A stretch of 62,615 nt of DNA, filler included, from Hausera hauseri (GCA_046269625.1; 12 parts of 12 records of this genome joined end to end with filler, not necessarily neighbours in it); one strand, 5' to 3'. Shown: positions 23,640 through 37,006, counted from the whole stretch's first letter. Program-made: numbers and translations. The notes: generated by a model from the letters alone, not told the origin.

Positions 23640-26370
23640 ATAAATCGATTTAAATTCTAACTGCACATTCACGTACAACATCAAGTGCACTACCGATTGC
23701 ACCCGATCCCGAGTGCTAATGATCGATTTTTGATTTTTCGAAAATCCAATATTATTGATTTTTGCACATTTGCACATGTGCTACACACTTGCACTTTCAC
23801 CAATCGATGTGCACTCATGTGCACTATCGATTAGCACAAAGTGCAGATCGACTCGATCAATAGTGCACTGTGCCGCGATCGATTTGTGAAAAGTGCAAAA
23901 GTGCCCTTACCAACGGTTTCTAGCAGCACCGTTGCCAGGCACTTTTTGGATCAATAGTGCTCCGGATGCACTCTCGATCGGCACATGTGCAAAATCGATT
24001 TATCGATTACCGCTTCCTCCGGGGTGGGGCAGAACTGCCATTTTATCACTACTAGTAGCCAAATCAATTTTAGATGTTGAAGGTAAAGGTACGGTGGCAT
24101 AACGAGCTGTACAGTTCTACAGTTCTAGGGAGATGTTGGTTCCGTCATACTTACCCATACCGTACTTCCGGTCACGTGATAGAGTGCATCATTTCCGGTC
24201 GAATAGCATCGCTTCCAATTCAGTTTGCTTTACTTCCGATCAAATTTTGTATATTTTCGGCACAATGTGAGCAATTGCGAGAACAAGACACGTGATTTTG
24301 CGTAGTTTCGTAGTGAAAATTGTGCAGTCCATCACGTACTCATGTGATAATTTTAAAAATACAGAAAATCTACTAAGTGAATTGAGAAATTGACCTTAAA
24401 AGGAAATGGTTTTTGGGAAGTTGCGTCGGAACCAAGAAATATATTGCATTTTTATTTCTATAGTCGACCTAAACATATCAGCGCAGTTATAACAGTATAT
24501 AGCATATTTGTCCAGGCTGATAACACCGGCTGATTCAGTCACAGTTCCCGTTTTTCAGTCAAATTTTCCAGGATGTGCGATATCTCAACTCCCAAGAATC
24601 CAATGGAGTTGGTTAAGATGTCGTTCAATTCGTATAAATGAGGTGAGACAAATAAATCCAATATGAACGAAATACATACCAGTAGTATGAGTAAAAAACT
24701 GAGCAAAAAATACATCTTGGCTTGATCACTGCTCAAAAATGAAATATAATATGGGACTTTTATGTATTCCTTCGAGTAGTATTCTGTAAGCTCTATCCAC
24801 TTGAATCTGATTAGAATTTGTCTGATGAGTAGTTTGAACACTATTTAATTTTGGGCTACAGCTATTTAAAGTTTTTGAAAATCAGAAAATGTCTAATAAT
24901 TCAGTAAGCGTAGAGGATAAGGAGTCGGTTAGCATATTATTGGAAAGGTAAAGAGGAGAGAAATTGAATGGTGAAAAGTGCGTGGTCGACTGATTCATCT
25001 TAGTTGAGAAGTGGGCAATTGAATACTTTTGTAGGTTAAAATACGTGGGCACACAACAACACATCGTAAGGAGTCGAGTAATTGTGCAAACGAAAAGCCA
25101 TGCCTCAAATTATGCGAGCCTATGTGTACCATATGTCAGTAATTGTTGAGTAATGAGTTATCAAAGAAAAGTTTACATATATAGACAGTAAATATGAGCA
25201 ATCGATTAGGATGTCCAGTCCAGATTATATGCAATCAATGGAGCATATGGATATAAGTCAGATCATTCGTACATTATTTCATTATTATTATCATTCAACA
25301 AGCAGTGTGTTATTTTAGTGTAGACCGCTTTGGTAGAATGTTAGAACGTGTAATACCAAATACCCCTGGATATGATATATTTTCTTCGGCGACTTTGATA
25401 CTAGAGCCACATATTCAAGAACTTGTGGACGTCAGAGTTTGCCTAATGCTTCCTTATGGCATTTACTCTCAAATATGTTCTAAAGGCTGATTATCCTCTA
25501 AATTTAACACCCATGTTGGCACTGGAGTAACTGGCAGTATAGGAAAAATAGGAAGTCTGCCCACCCGGGGGGGGGCGTTAATCGATAAAACCATTTTGCA
25601 AACATGTTGGTCGATAGTGCGCATGGAGCACTATCGATCGTAATGTACCAGGCAACGGTGGCGTTAAGCAGCGTTGCTAAGCACATTTTTTATATTTCAC
25701 AAATCGATAGCTGAACATTGCACTTTTGATCGAATCGATCGACACAAAGTGCTAATCGATAATGCATATTAGTGCACATGGATTGGTGCATAGTGCAGGT
25801 GCACTGCATATTTGGAAGTGTGCAAAAATCAATAATACCGGATTCCGGATTTCCGATCATCCAAATATTGATGATTAACACGTGGCACCGGGTGCAATCG
25901 AGTTCAAAATCGATGCACTATGTGAATGTACAATTAGAATTTAAATCGGTCTAATGGTGCTCAATAAAATGCCAAGTGGGGCAGACTTCCCACAGGGCTT
26001 TTCGGTATAAAATAAAAATCAATAAAATCGACATGTTGCATTTACAGGTCGGTAGTGCACGAGGGGCACCACCAATCGGCAAGTGCTCAAGGCGGATGTG
26101 CCCTTGGGCATCGTTGCCACGGCACTTTTGCACTCTTCACATTTTTGTAGATGTACGGCCTAGCATTGATAGAATCGATCGAAGCCAAGTGCAGGTGGAT
26201 AGCGCATGTCGAGATGCATCGTGTTATGCACTGTCAGATGCACTGCACATGTGCAAGTGTGGAAAAATCAATAATATCGGTTTTCCGGTATTTCCAATAT
26301 TTCCGGGTGCAATCGATTCGAAAAACGGTGTGCTATATGAATGTGAAATTAAAATTTAAATCTATCAAGT
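23640..26370. repeat. Three diverged copies of a ~400-bp unit: 23640-24050, inverted 25545-25950, and a further tandem inverted copy 25975-26370
   Basis: Shared blocks atttaaattcta, attgcacccg, attattgatttttgcaca, caccgttgcc.gg and gggtgggg?cagac appear in opposite orientations. Confidence 0.75.
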
Positions 26371-27278
26371 GGATTTCGATTAATATCGACTCGAAGGTGA
26401 GGTGGATCAGAGATCCCACAAGTTTTATTTGCCCTAAGCACTCAAATATCGATATCATTTTGAACGGGGACAGATAGGAAACAGAGTATGCAGGTCTCGA
26501 ATATCGAGTCGAATATTCAAAATTCGAATATTTTTGTTCGAATATCGAATTTCGAGATTTTCGAAAAATCTAACAACGGCATTTGATTCCCCATGTCCGA
26601 AAATCCCTCGACGCATTAAAATTATTTCATGAAAATGTGCTATATAGATACAAAATCAATATTTCAAGTTAAGCAAAATGTGCATTTAAAGCTTAGTAAA
26701 GTGGATATCGATAAATATAACAGCACACACAGATAAGAAGCCATATGTGTCGAATCGTAGCATGACGTCAAATATTCGGATTAGAATTAAAAGTCGAATA
26801 TTTAGCTATTTGAACTCGAAAACTCGGTAAAGCATGCATTATTCGAAGAATCTAATGACGTCATTCAATTCTCCATGTATGAAAACCTTTTAAATTTGGC
26901 GCTTAAGTGCATTTAATTTATTTGGTGCATTAAACAAAGTGTTCTAGAATGTTCGAAAATAAAGAAAAATTTAAAATTTAAAAAATCCATAAATATTGCA
27001 GTGTGCGTTGACATGGCCATATATTTCATTATTTCCAAAATCACTTTCACGAATGATGAGATTTTTATTTGTGCTCCTCAAATAATTGGTTGATTTTTAG
27101 ATGTGCAATCCATACAAAGAATGCTTGGCTCAAATTCACGAGCATTAAAATTTTCAAAACATTATGAAGAAATGTTTCAGCCATCTTTACAACATGGCTG
27201 AGTATTATATATGACCTATATGTGAAGTAGTGTGCCACAACCAATTATGAGGACTTTTACAATGGCCTTAAGCAACAC

Positions 27279-28437
27279 TTGATTTCCTTCACCAAGTCGA
27301 AAAAACAAATATTCAGTACCACTATGCTGATAATGACTTCCATGACTAAAGAAAATCAAAGATGCAGTTCATATGTGTATTGCACATGTGCAATACACAA
27401 TCCTCAGAATTGCCACAATACCATGAGGAGCTATTATGGACACAAATTTAATAGAATCATCTATTATATCTGCTTCGGATGTGAGGCTGTATGTGATGGA
27501 GAATATATACAGATTTATGAAGATCACAAACATCATTTGACTGACTTTACATCAAAGTCAAAGATGATCATCTTTAATAAACATATGCTACTTGCACAGC
27601 TTGCAGTACCACAGCCTGCAGTACAACCACATGCAGTACTAAAACGCTCATCAGGCACATCAGGCGCATATGTCGCATCAGGCGTAGCGGCTCCATCAAA
27701 GAGTCAAACAGAGAGGCAAGTTAATGCTGCACCATTAAAGAGGAAATGCCACAAATATATATTTGATGCAACTGGTCAAACAACAGTCAAGGAGTTCCTG
27801 GAGTACACAGAGGAAGAAACAATTGCGATTCTTCGGGAAACATAACTGAGATCCAGACCCTTAAGGGGAATATGAACCTTGATGCGACATACGTCAATGT
27901 TGATGTCGAAGAATCCAATAGGGCCTTCAAGACCAAAAATAGACCCATTTTTGAAGCCACCAATATAGTAGAATGGATGCATGAAGAGCATGCAAAGCTG
28001 ATCCGTGAAGCCAATGAGAGGCAGAGTAAGAAGGACGGATGGACTCTGGCAACCATCAAGAGATTGCTTGTGTATGATCACAAGTACTCTCCAATGCGGG
28101 GTAGTTCATATATTCAGATTCCGGAATGGATCGCTAATAAAAAGCATGCATCAATGTCCTTAATGATGACAGTAAGTGTATCATATATGCAATTTTATGT
28201 AAATTCGAACGGGATCAAAAGCATTCAGCAGATCGAGTTTGGTTATATAATGATATGAAGCACAACTATGACTTCCAATGTATTAAGTTCCCGCCATCCA
28301 TAGATGAAATCAAAAAATTTGGGCGAATCAACAATATATCCATCAACATCATTTGATTAAATGATGAGGACAAATTCTATCCCCTGCAGATATGTGATAC
28401 TGAATTGGGCGATCATAGGGATCTGCTCCTACTAGAT
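27279..28437 (+). pseudogene. N-terminal region of a Polinton protein-primed PolB (second lineage)
   Basis: GWTL..I; YSPMRGSSYIQIPEWIANKK; shifted frame ACINVLNDDSKC..YAIL, FPPSIDEIKKF..INNISIN, YPL..DLLLL. Homologous to 56700-57883. Confidence 0.8.
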
Positions 28438-28537
28438 NNNNNNNNNNNNNNNNNNNNNNNNNNNNNNNNNNNNNNNNNNNNTTAATTAATTAANNNNNNN
28501 NNNNNNNNNNNNNNNNNNNNNNNNNNNNNNNNNNNNN

Positions 28538-30070
28538 GTCACAGATTACTGAAGAATTTCTGGAATTTTTGGAGTTTTACAAAAGATTAGTCAGAATCCC
28601 GATGATAAATTTATTGAATCATTTATATTGCATGTGTTTTATGAGATACAGAATAATATCAAATCATTATTGGATTTTCCCGAAGAGTTGTATGCTTCAG
28701 ATGACCATCAGAAGAATCCGAACAGACGAGTCTCTTTTCGTGAACAATCTGATAACAATGAACTGAGTGTCTCTCGAGATCCATTGTTGCCAATCAAAAG
28801 GAAAATTGTCGTTGAATTAAACAATATATTATCTGATTTCAATCGACGAAACGGTAATTTTATGGTTGATCGAGGCATGAAACCGTTAGTGGAAGAATTG
28901 ATAAAGTTCATAAAACTGTGCAGTGACCTCATCGGTATATCTCGGTAATGCTTCAATAATCCAAATACATCATTAAGTTCAACAATGACAAAGGCCGATT
29001 CTCTAAATCCTGATGCTACCATCGATATTAATCAGGTAGTGCGAATAATTCGTAACTGCATTCACAACTCAAATAATAATAAACAGAGAACTTTGAGTTG
29101 GATTAGAGAAATAGATATCAAGAACACGCGCTTAGATATACCAAAGACATGGTACAGATGTACTACTGTTTGTGAAATATGTTCTAGTCAATGCACTCAC
29201 CACCTTTCCCGTAATGGCAATCACAAAAATGATATACAGTGCGAAAATATTGATAAAAACAAAATTTATTATTGTAAGCAATGTATTGTTCACAATTTGT
29301 CCACGAAACATGTTCCCCACGTATCAACGTCTACGAGCAAATCACAATTTTTTTACAAAACGTTATTTTACACCCTTTCAGTGGCTTCTTAGTTGAATGT
29401 GACAGACAAGGTATTGCATTTGATTCGAATATATTCTGTATATCGGATGAAAATGCGGTTGATGTAGTTGATTTATACAAATGGCCTGGTCAGAATTTCT
29501 TAAAAGATAACGTACATCTAATGAGTCAGATGATCATCGACGTTGTAAAAGTGTGTTAGAACCTGTTAACCATTTACTTGTTCAGTTAGGTGAATATTTA
29601 TTGGATGTAGTCAATCCGGACTACTGGGAATTGACTAATTCAGCTAGTTTATGTAGTTCTTGTAAAAAGATATCTATGAAGTTTATGAATAAGCATCACT
29701 GTCGCATTTCTAAACAAGGTCTTTGCAGCTACTGTATCCAGGGTCAGGATAACAGTCGGAAGCTGTGTTCGGGATGTTTTATTAAAATCCAAACCACGAA
29801 CATTGGTAACGACCTGCCAATTATCACCGGAAAAAATAAAATCATCAACATTTGGTTACACATTCGGATACTTTCGAAAATCGTTGACAACATGGAACGG
29901 ACCAATGAATTGGGAGGTGGATGATATTGTCCATGAATGTTTTATATGCAATGCAGAATTTTCACCCCAATTTAATCCCATTCGTCATTTTCGAGCTTGT
30001 GGGAAACACGTTTGTAATGAATGTAGTCAACGTCTCCAAACATTCAAATGGAGAGAAATAAATGATCCGA
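28538..30070 (+). pseudogene. ZFYVE1: ZFYVE1/DFCP1 (double FYVE) pseudogene, 3' part, frameshifted
   Basis: C...CEIC...C; IYYCKQC; FSGFLVEC; WPGQNFLKDN; first FYVE PDYW...CSSC...KHHCR; second FYVE WEVDD...CFIC...RHFRACGKHVCNECS, truncated before its last Cys pair. Confidence 0.8.
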
Positions 30071-31439
30071 TGTTGAAACTAGCTATTGAAGACCAAATAA
30101 GAAGTTTTGGACAAACTTCAAGTCAACCCCTCACAGAACTACATCCTCCACGAAATTCTGCGTTTCGTGTCAGCCCTCTGATATTTGCTCTAGTCCTATC
30201 AGATTTGTTGATGATATTTAAGTTTGTTAGCAATTCTCCTATAGTTTGGATGTCAGGCAACGTCCATCTTCAATCGCCATTACCTGCCGTACTGACAATA
30301 TCCGGTAACTATGTCTATGGAATTAACAAGTGGAACCATGCGGCAGCTGTAAGTGCCCATGCCTCAGTCCCGCAATCAATATCTGTAATATTACCTTTAG
30401 CTACCTCTCCGAACTCGCAATATTTTTCATCATACGTAACTAGTAATCAGTATCTTACAAATGTGGATTCTCATTACAAAAGGGTCACAATCGTACCATT
30501 AGTAGTGTAATTATCATTGTCTATGGACCCACTTTTGGGACAAACAAATTTTCTGTCAAATCACAATTTTGGAGAAGGACTCGACCTATGTATCCGACCC
30601 CGTAATCATCAACTGGAGAAAGCGCCTACTTCATTCTCAGTTTATCCGTTTCTGGAGTAACGAGATTCAGTCAACGGACTCAAAATTTGCCGCGATTCTT
30701 CACAATATCCTCTCAAAGTCTCCCGGAAATAATTTATTCGATAATAGAAAGAACAAACATTTGAGATGTGTCGACGAGACCGGCGTCGATTTCATTAACA
30801 AGGACGATCCAGGGGGAAAACACTTGAGATATGGCAAAATGCAACAATCAGTATTCGGACGTTAAAACACAGATGGGTGAGATTCTTATTGCCGGTTTAC
30901 GCCCACCAGTGCAACTCTTTTTGCGCTTATGCAGGTCTCTGTGGCTAAAACCATTTTTCATTTTAAAGGTTTTTTAAGCTTAATGTCTTTGAATGCCCTT
31001 TATCCCAATCATCACTCGCCACTGCTACCCCAGCTGCACGCCCGTACCCCTTGTTAACACAGAAGGAAACCGCTCAAGCTCCCCATGCATTTCACCATTC
31101 CATTGGGATCATTTCGCTGCAACTCTCCTTCCTAGTCTTCAGCAATAACCAACACATAAAAACCATTAGAACTCCACTCCACGCCACGGCGCAGCTCCTA
31201 TACATTTCTTTATCCTCCTCACTCAACACTTCCAACTTCTATTTTACACACCAATACATCACTGTATATCCTGTCGACTCACTCCTATTTTTCGTCTGCC
31301 ATGAACGTCCAGTCATCCATCTCATGCTTTATTTTCGCCTTCGGGGTGGATCGGATTCAAACCCATTCTTCTCGGGTGACAAGTCCACAAATACAGGGAA
31401 CGTCTATCGTTTGCCACATTCCCAACAATCACGAGGGTC

Positions 31440-32768
31440 ATTAAATTTACCTTGTGTGTAATTTTCCCTGGACAAAAACAACTCCAGCAAATCATGGCTC
31501 CAATTACACCAACAGTGTCTAAAATCGAACAACATTACTGATTCCTTTGTGCGAGCCAGGAGCCTCTTAATTCTTCTGCCTACTAACGTCAAGCAGTAGA
31601 TTAATAATATCTCTGAGCTGCTACAATCCTCGACACCTTACGAGGCACTCTGTGAAGCTGTACTGCATGTCGCGGATCCTTCGATTGACAATATAATACA
31701 AAAGTATTTTACTGACCACGCGATAGGAAGCCAAAATCCATCCCACTTTCTCCAGACGGCCATTCTTCAGCTCAGCGTGCTAGGAGTGACACCTACAATT
31801 AACGCCGATTTTATTCGCCGTTATTTCTTATAGTCTTTGCCCATCTGAATCAGAGCCTTACTCACCGTTGTTGACGAGTCCAGTGCTATCGAAAAACTGG
31901 CAGTAATGGCTGACAAATCCTTTGAGATTCTTCTTACCAACAGTTCTCTCCCTATTGCGGCTGAAACCGCATGTACTCCAACTACAGACACAACTTTTTG
32001 TACTGAACAATTGCAAATGATGCAGGAACAGTTTGGCGGGTTACAGCAATCGATTTCGGCAATTACTACCAAACTAAATAATCTTAATGGGCCCCGACGA
32101 AGTAAAACCACACCTTCAATGGAGAGAAGCATTTCCAAACACTCTGCTCGATTCATTTTACCTGGTAGACGCATGACGTGTTTCTATCACACGCGATTTC
32201 GAAGGCATGATAAGAAGTGCTTTTTGGGTTGTCGGTTCTACAGCGGGCGGTACGCTATGGACAACCTTATATGTGTCTACCACAATAAGTTCCAGTCACA
32301 GGATAGATAATGCGTGTCTGGTTGTAAACATTACAAAGATAAATCTCCTCGCTTTTTTTTCTTTTTCTTTTTCTTCAAAACCTTCAAAAAACTAATAATG
32401 CCGCCAGATTTTACGGCACATTCTTGGGCAGGCAATATCGCTCATCTTCTGGCCATTTCAACACCGCCTCTACAGTCTTTCTGTTAAAAGCTGTACTGTT
32501 ATGCAGAGATACTTCACATATCGACTTCCTTATAGACTCAGGAGCTGCCTTTTCGCTCCTTCCCTTGTCCTTCGTTCCTACATCGACTATGATTTCCTGT
32601 CCACCGCTTTTCACTGCCAGTGGTGAACCGTTCCATGTTGCATGAACCACGGAATTGACTTTCACATTCACCAACTTACCAGATAAGTTTGTCTGGAAGT
32701 TCCACGTGGCCAATATTAAATCTCCCATAATAGGCTCAGATTTTCTTGCCGCACATGATCTATTGGTC
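31440..32768 (+). mobile_element. CsRn1-like Gypsy gag-protease relic
   Basis: PYEALC, IGSQNPSHFL, SLP..IRALL, LAVMADK; CHCC knuckles CFYHTRF....KKC..GC and CVYHNKF....C.SGC; protease FLIDSGAAFSLLP...PIIGSDFL. Confidence 0.85.
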
Positions 32769-33507
32769 NNNNNNNNNNNNNNNNNNNNNNNNNNNNNNNN
32801 NNNNNNNNNNNNTTAATTAATTAANNNNNNNNNNNNNNNNNNNNNNNNNNNNNNNNNNNNNNNNNNNNGCAGAGTATAAAATCATCATATTTGAAATTTT
32901 GTATTTTACCTGCTTTGTGTACTTGATATTTTGCTATTTTTTCTGTTTATTTGAATCATTTTGGCTGCTCTTGTTTAAGAGTGCATTAAAGCAAATCATG
33001 GTCTGCATTACTGATTTGGTATAGTTTTTATGCCGGATGCCCTTCATAATGCAATCATCCTATTTATCTGGACAATTATTCCTGTTAATATAAAACATGT
33101 TTTCTATCATTGTCATTAAAACATGAAGGTAGAAACACAACCAAATTAATCATATTTGAATGATAAATCAGTTTGAAAACAATTCATTTATTTGCCACTA
33201 ATTTGTTAAGGTTCTTGTGGGTTAAAAGCAGTGAAATTATTCATTGACCTCATACATCATTCACACATTAATTATTCTCACATCAAGAAGTAGTTTAGAG
33301 TGGCCAATCAGAAAAGTTGTATAACTAGTGAGAGAACCAGACTATCCTGAATGATAAAAAGAAAAAAACACGAATAATTGTTCACAGTGACCAAAGAGAG
33401 TAACTATGTTGCTTTGTTGTAACCAATCAATTTGCATCATGGCAGGGTTCTCTAGCCCTCATTTTCACGAAATGTGCTTATGTCCAAAAAATAATCAATT
33501 TGAAAAA

Positions 33508-33942
33508 ATGGAATCCTCAAATCAAGGAACAACAACAACAATCTCCACCACAACTCTGTTTAAGGAGCCAAAAACCTACTTCGGTTACTCAATTCATTTC
33601 CTTCATCAACCAAAAGTAGTGAAATTTAAAGAACCAGTTCAGTTAAAAACAACCAAATTCGGATATCTACTACGAAATGTGTCAAAGGATGATATATACG
33701 CGTTAAATGAAGTTTTCAACATAATGCCGCGTCCAATATCACTTGATTCGGAAAAGCTTTTTGTGAAAAAAATGAACCCTCTTGGTATTTTTAACAGCCA
33801 AGGAAAGAGGATCAAGTCAGTCCCTCAGGATTCAGTGGTGAACATCCGCATGCAAGTGAATGGTTATAAAGTCAGCTCAGAGGGTAAGGCATCACCACTT
33901 TTCGAGATCAAAGAAGTTCGTCTAGAATTCTTAGATGACTAG
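33508..33942 (+). CDS. Member of an unnamed ORF family shared with 53427 and 47422 (possible OB-fold ssDNA-binding protein)
   Basis: YFGYSIHFL...VQLK..KFG.L...S.DD.., and C-terminal NGYKVSSEGKASPLF, align with 53427-53882. The ORF is intact. Confidence 0.55.
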   Translation: MESSNQGTTTTISTTTLFKEPKTYFGYSIHFLHQPKVVKFKEPVQLKTTKFGYLLRNVSKDDIYALNEVFNIMPRPISLDSEKLFVKKMNPLGIFNSQGKRIKSVPQDSVVNIRMQVNGYKVSSEGKASPLFEIKEVRLEFLDD

Positions 33943-34259
33943 TTATTGTTTTCTTTCATTAAAAACAATAAAAATGGTTTCTTTAACTTTGTTACTTTTT
34001 TCCATATAACTAATTTAATAACCATGATTTTATAGTGCAATAGTTATCGATTATAATTTGCAATTTTTAGTTGCACTGTTGATTATCAAATTTAACTTTT
34101 TACATGCTATAAACAATTAATATATTTAGATAATTTTTTATATTCTTATTCACAAATATTAAGAAATTTGAACAATTTCAAAGGATTTACAGTGATGAAA
34201 AAACTATAAATTAAAAAATGATTAGGTTTCTTATACGGATTCCCATTACATTTTACAAT

Positions 34260-35300
34260 TCAACATGAAAATTTTAGTTCAAAATTTCCATTTCTAAAAA
34301 TGGTAAAAATGCTCATTCTCTGAATTGTCAACAGGAAAGTTAACGTTATCTCAGAGTAAATATGGCAATACTCCTGCGTAATTTCAGAGGTCCAGACTTC
34401 CTTGATAGTATCGGTTAAGTTTTTTGCTAAAGTATGATTTCTAACATCGACTTTTCTTTTGACAATGGCCCAACAATTCTCTATTAGGTTCAGGTCTGGT
34501 GAGGATCCAGGACAAACCACCGGCTTTTTGTCTTTGTGTATGACACGGCGCTCCATCCTGTTGGAAGATGATGGTTTTGTGTATTGCCATCCACTTGGGT
34601 AGCTTCTGCGTTAGTATCTTGATGTACCGCTCAGTATTAAGGGAATTAAGGTATTCGGTGGAACAAACCATAGTTCAGCTATATTTTTGACAATAATGGC
34701 ACCCAAAATCATGACAGGTTGAGAGTGTTTTACTGTAGCGACCAAGTACTTTTTGTTGTATCACATATTTGACGGACGAGGAAAAAATTGGAGTAAGTGT
34801 AGAATTGTGAAATGGTATTCTCATCTGAGACTATCAGCTTTCTACAGTTAGCTACTGTCTAATGAGAACCTGTCTTGCAAAGGCCAATCTATCTGAAACA
34901 TTCTTTTTTGACATAGTTGGCTACTTTACCGGTTTGTAATATTTTAGGTAAAATTCATCGAGGTGGGGTCGTTGAATAGTGTGTACGCCCGAAATCTGAT
35001 CATCAGTTGAAAAACTGGAACAAATTGCAGTACTGGATATCATAGGATTAAGTTGGGTACGGAGAAGAATCACATTATCAGAACTTACTGACGTAACAGG
35101 TGGTCTGCTTGATCGCTTCCGTGATGCATAATTATTTTTATCAGCAATTCCTTTGAGTGTGTATGAAAACGGACAATGGAAAACATCTAAGTGAGGTACA
35201 ATGGTCCTTTGTGATAAGGTGTCCTTCTTCAAAACGTCGATTTGGTTCTCTTTTCTGTCGAAATTTCACATTTGTACCCGTTTTTAGCAGTTTTATAACC
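34260..35300 (-). mobile_element. Tc1-family transposase relic
   Basis: FQQDGAPCH; PGSSPDLNLIENCW..VKRKV; ATVKHSQPVMILGAI; N-terminal RKRSSRP. Frameshifted. Confidence 0.9.
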
Positions 35301-35674
35301 CTAAAAAACAGAAATAAAGTAAATGTTGGAACCAGAATGACTAGTTGGGGAATCCGGTCAAACCCCAACGGAAGAGGTGTAAGGGGTGCATAAATGTATA
35401 TAAATTGTATATATATAAAACTATATAATGTATATATGTGTGTATGTATGCGTAAAAATGTATGTGTTTATGTTAGTTGCACTGTGCGTACTGGTTGATA
35501 AAATAAGGGTTGTATAGAATGTATAAAACGTTGGTTGGATGTGTGTGTAAAATAATGGATGTATGATCCCTGGCAGGGTTCGGAGAACTGGGAATGCAGG
35601 AATAACCGTGAGTTGAGAGGTCGTCAAACGATCTTTACAAAACCATTGTTTTATAATTGCATGATGCTTGCACA

Positions 35675-35917
35675 ATGAGCAGACTGAATGACTTTAAAAG
35701 ATTACGGAAAATCGGGCAAGGTGCATTTGGTAACGCGTGGTTAGTTGAAGCTAGAGCCGATAATATGAAATACGTTGGAAAAGAAATGGGTTCTTATAAG
35801 ATGTCCGAAAGAGAATGACTAGATGCCAGAAAAGAGATTCTTATGCTATCGAAAATAAATCATCAAAATATCGTTACGTATTTGAAATACGAAGAAGAAG
35901 GAAAAATTGCCAAATGA
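35675..35917 (+). pseudogene. NEK-family kinase N-lobe fragment
   Basis: FKRLRKIGQGAFGNAWLV....KYVGKEM...MSERE*LDARKEI.ML.KINHQNIVTY. One internal stop; no catalytic lobe. Confidence 0.8.
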
Positions 35918-36077
35918 AAAGAAATTAGATAAATGGTACACACCAAAATAAAAGGAAAATAACGCAATTGGAGCTTTGAAATGTGAAAACCAAGGATGGC
36001 AAAATATTCACTCTGGATAAGAACAAGAATAATTTGTACATTTAAAGCATAATGGATAAGAGCAATAATAATTTATA

Positions 36078-36350
36078 TATTCGCCATCAACAGCGATATC
36101 AAAGAAAGTTTGGGCCGCTTTTTGGAAAGGATTTAAATTTGTGGGAATTCCCACTTATATATAATTATATATATATGATTATATAATATTATAATTATAT
36201 TTTTTACAATGGAATTTACTTCCCTTGTAACAAAATCCATTTTCACCAGTACACAAAGCCCGAAAATTCTCAATTGATTTTGGAACATCGTCGTGCAGCT
36301 TAAGGGCAGTTATTCTGAGGTTTTTGCCATCAGCGGCGATAATATGAAAT
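36078..36350 (-). pseudogene. Cyclophilin A-like fragments with a probable 54-bp intron (36154-36207)
   Basis: IAADGKN...[26 protein letters not shown], then a GT..AG AT-rich intron, GIP, and a second N-terminal piece TFFDIAVDGE. Confidence 0.8.
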
Positions 36351-36419
36351 AACATAAGCTGCTAAGCAGCTATATAATATAATCTATTGATGGGAAATTG
36401 AATAATAATAAATTGTATA

Positions 36420-37006
36420 ATGCAAATAATTATGAGTGATGTACAAAATGTCCTGATATGGACAAAAACAACAAATTCAATTTTTATGCAAAATATGCAC
36501 AGAAAAGGTGGAAATATGGTATCTGTCGATACAGATAAATTCGAGGGCCATACCTCTCGAGTCTCAAGTAAAAAGGTGAAATATTCAGGCCGGGAAAGGC
36601 CTCCAAAGTATGGACTATCAAAAGTGTCCAAATCGCTTTATTTGGAGAAACAAATGCAACATTCTGACATGATTTATTTGGAAATTAAAGCATTACAAAT
36701 AGCTTCTAAGTCTATATCTCAAAGTATCTCTGAAATTAAAGGACGGATTAGCAATGGGAAAAGATGTAAAAAAAGTATGTCAGATCTCAAAAGTGTTGAT
36801 CAGAAAAATTTATTGACTGCTCCAAAACTCATCTGTCGAGATACGTTCGATTCTTTTGAAGTTATCAGTTCTTTGGATCGTTGTGATTTAAACGAAATTA
36901 TTGTTAAATGGACTAAAGACAATTTATCAACTAGACAATCGTTCATTTTGGATATACTGTTCTACAGACAATTTTTATCAACGGAAAAAGATGTGCAAAT
37001 AATAGC
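36420..37006 (+). CDS. Hypothetical ORF, running into the gap
   Basis: About 195 open codons; no motif recognised. Confidence 0.25.
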
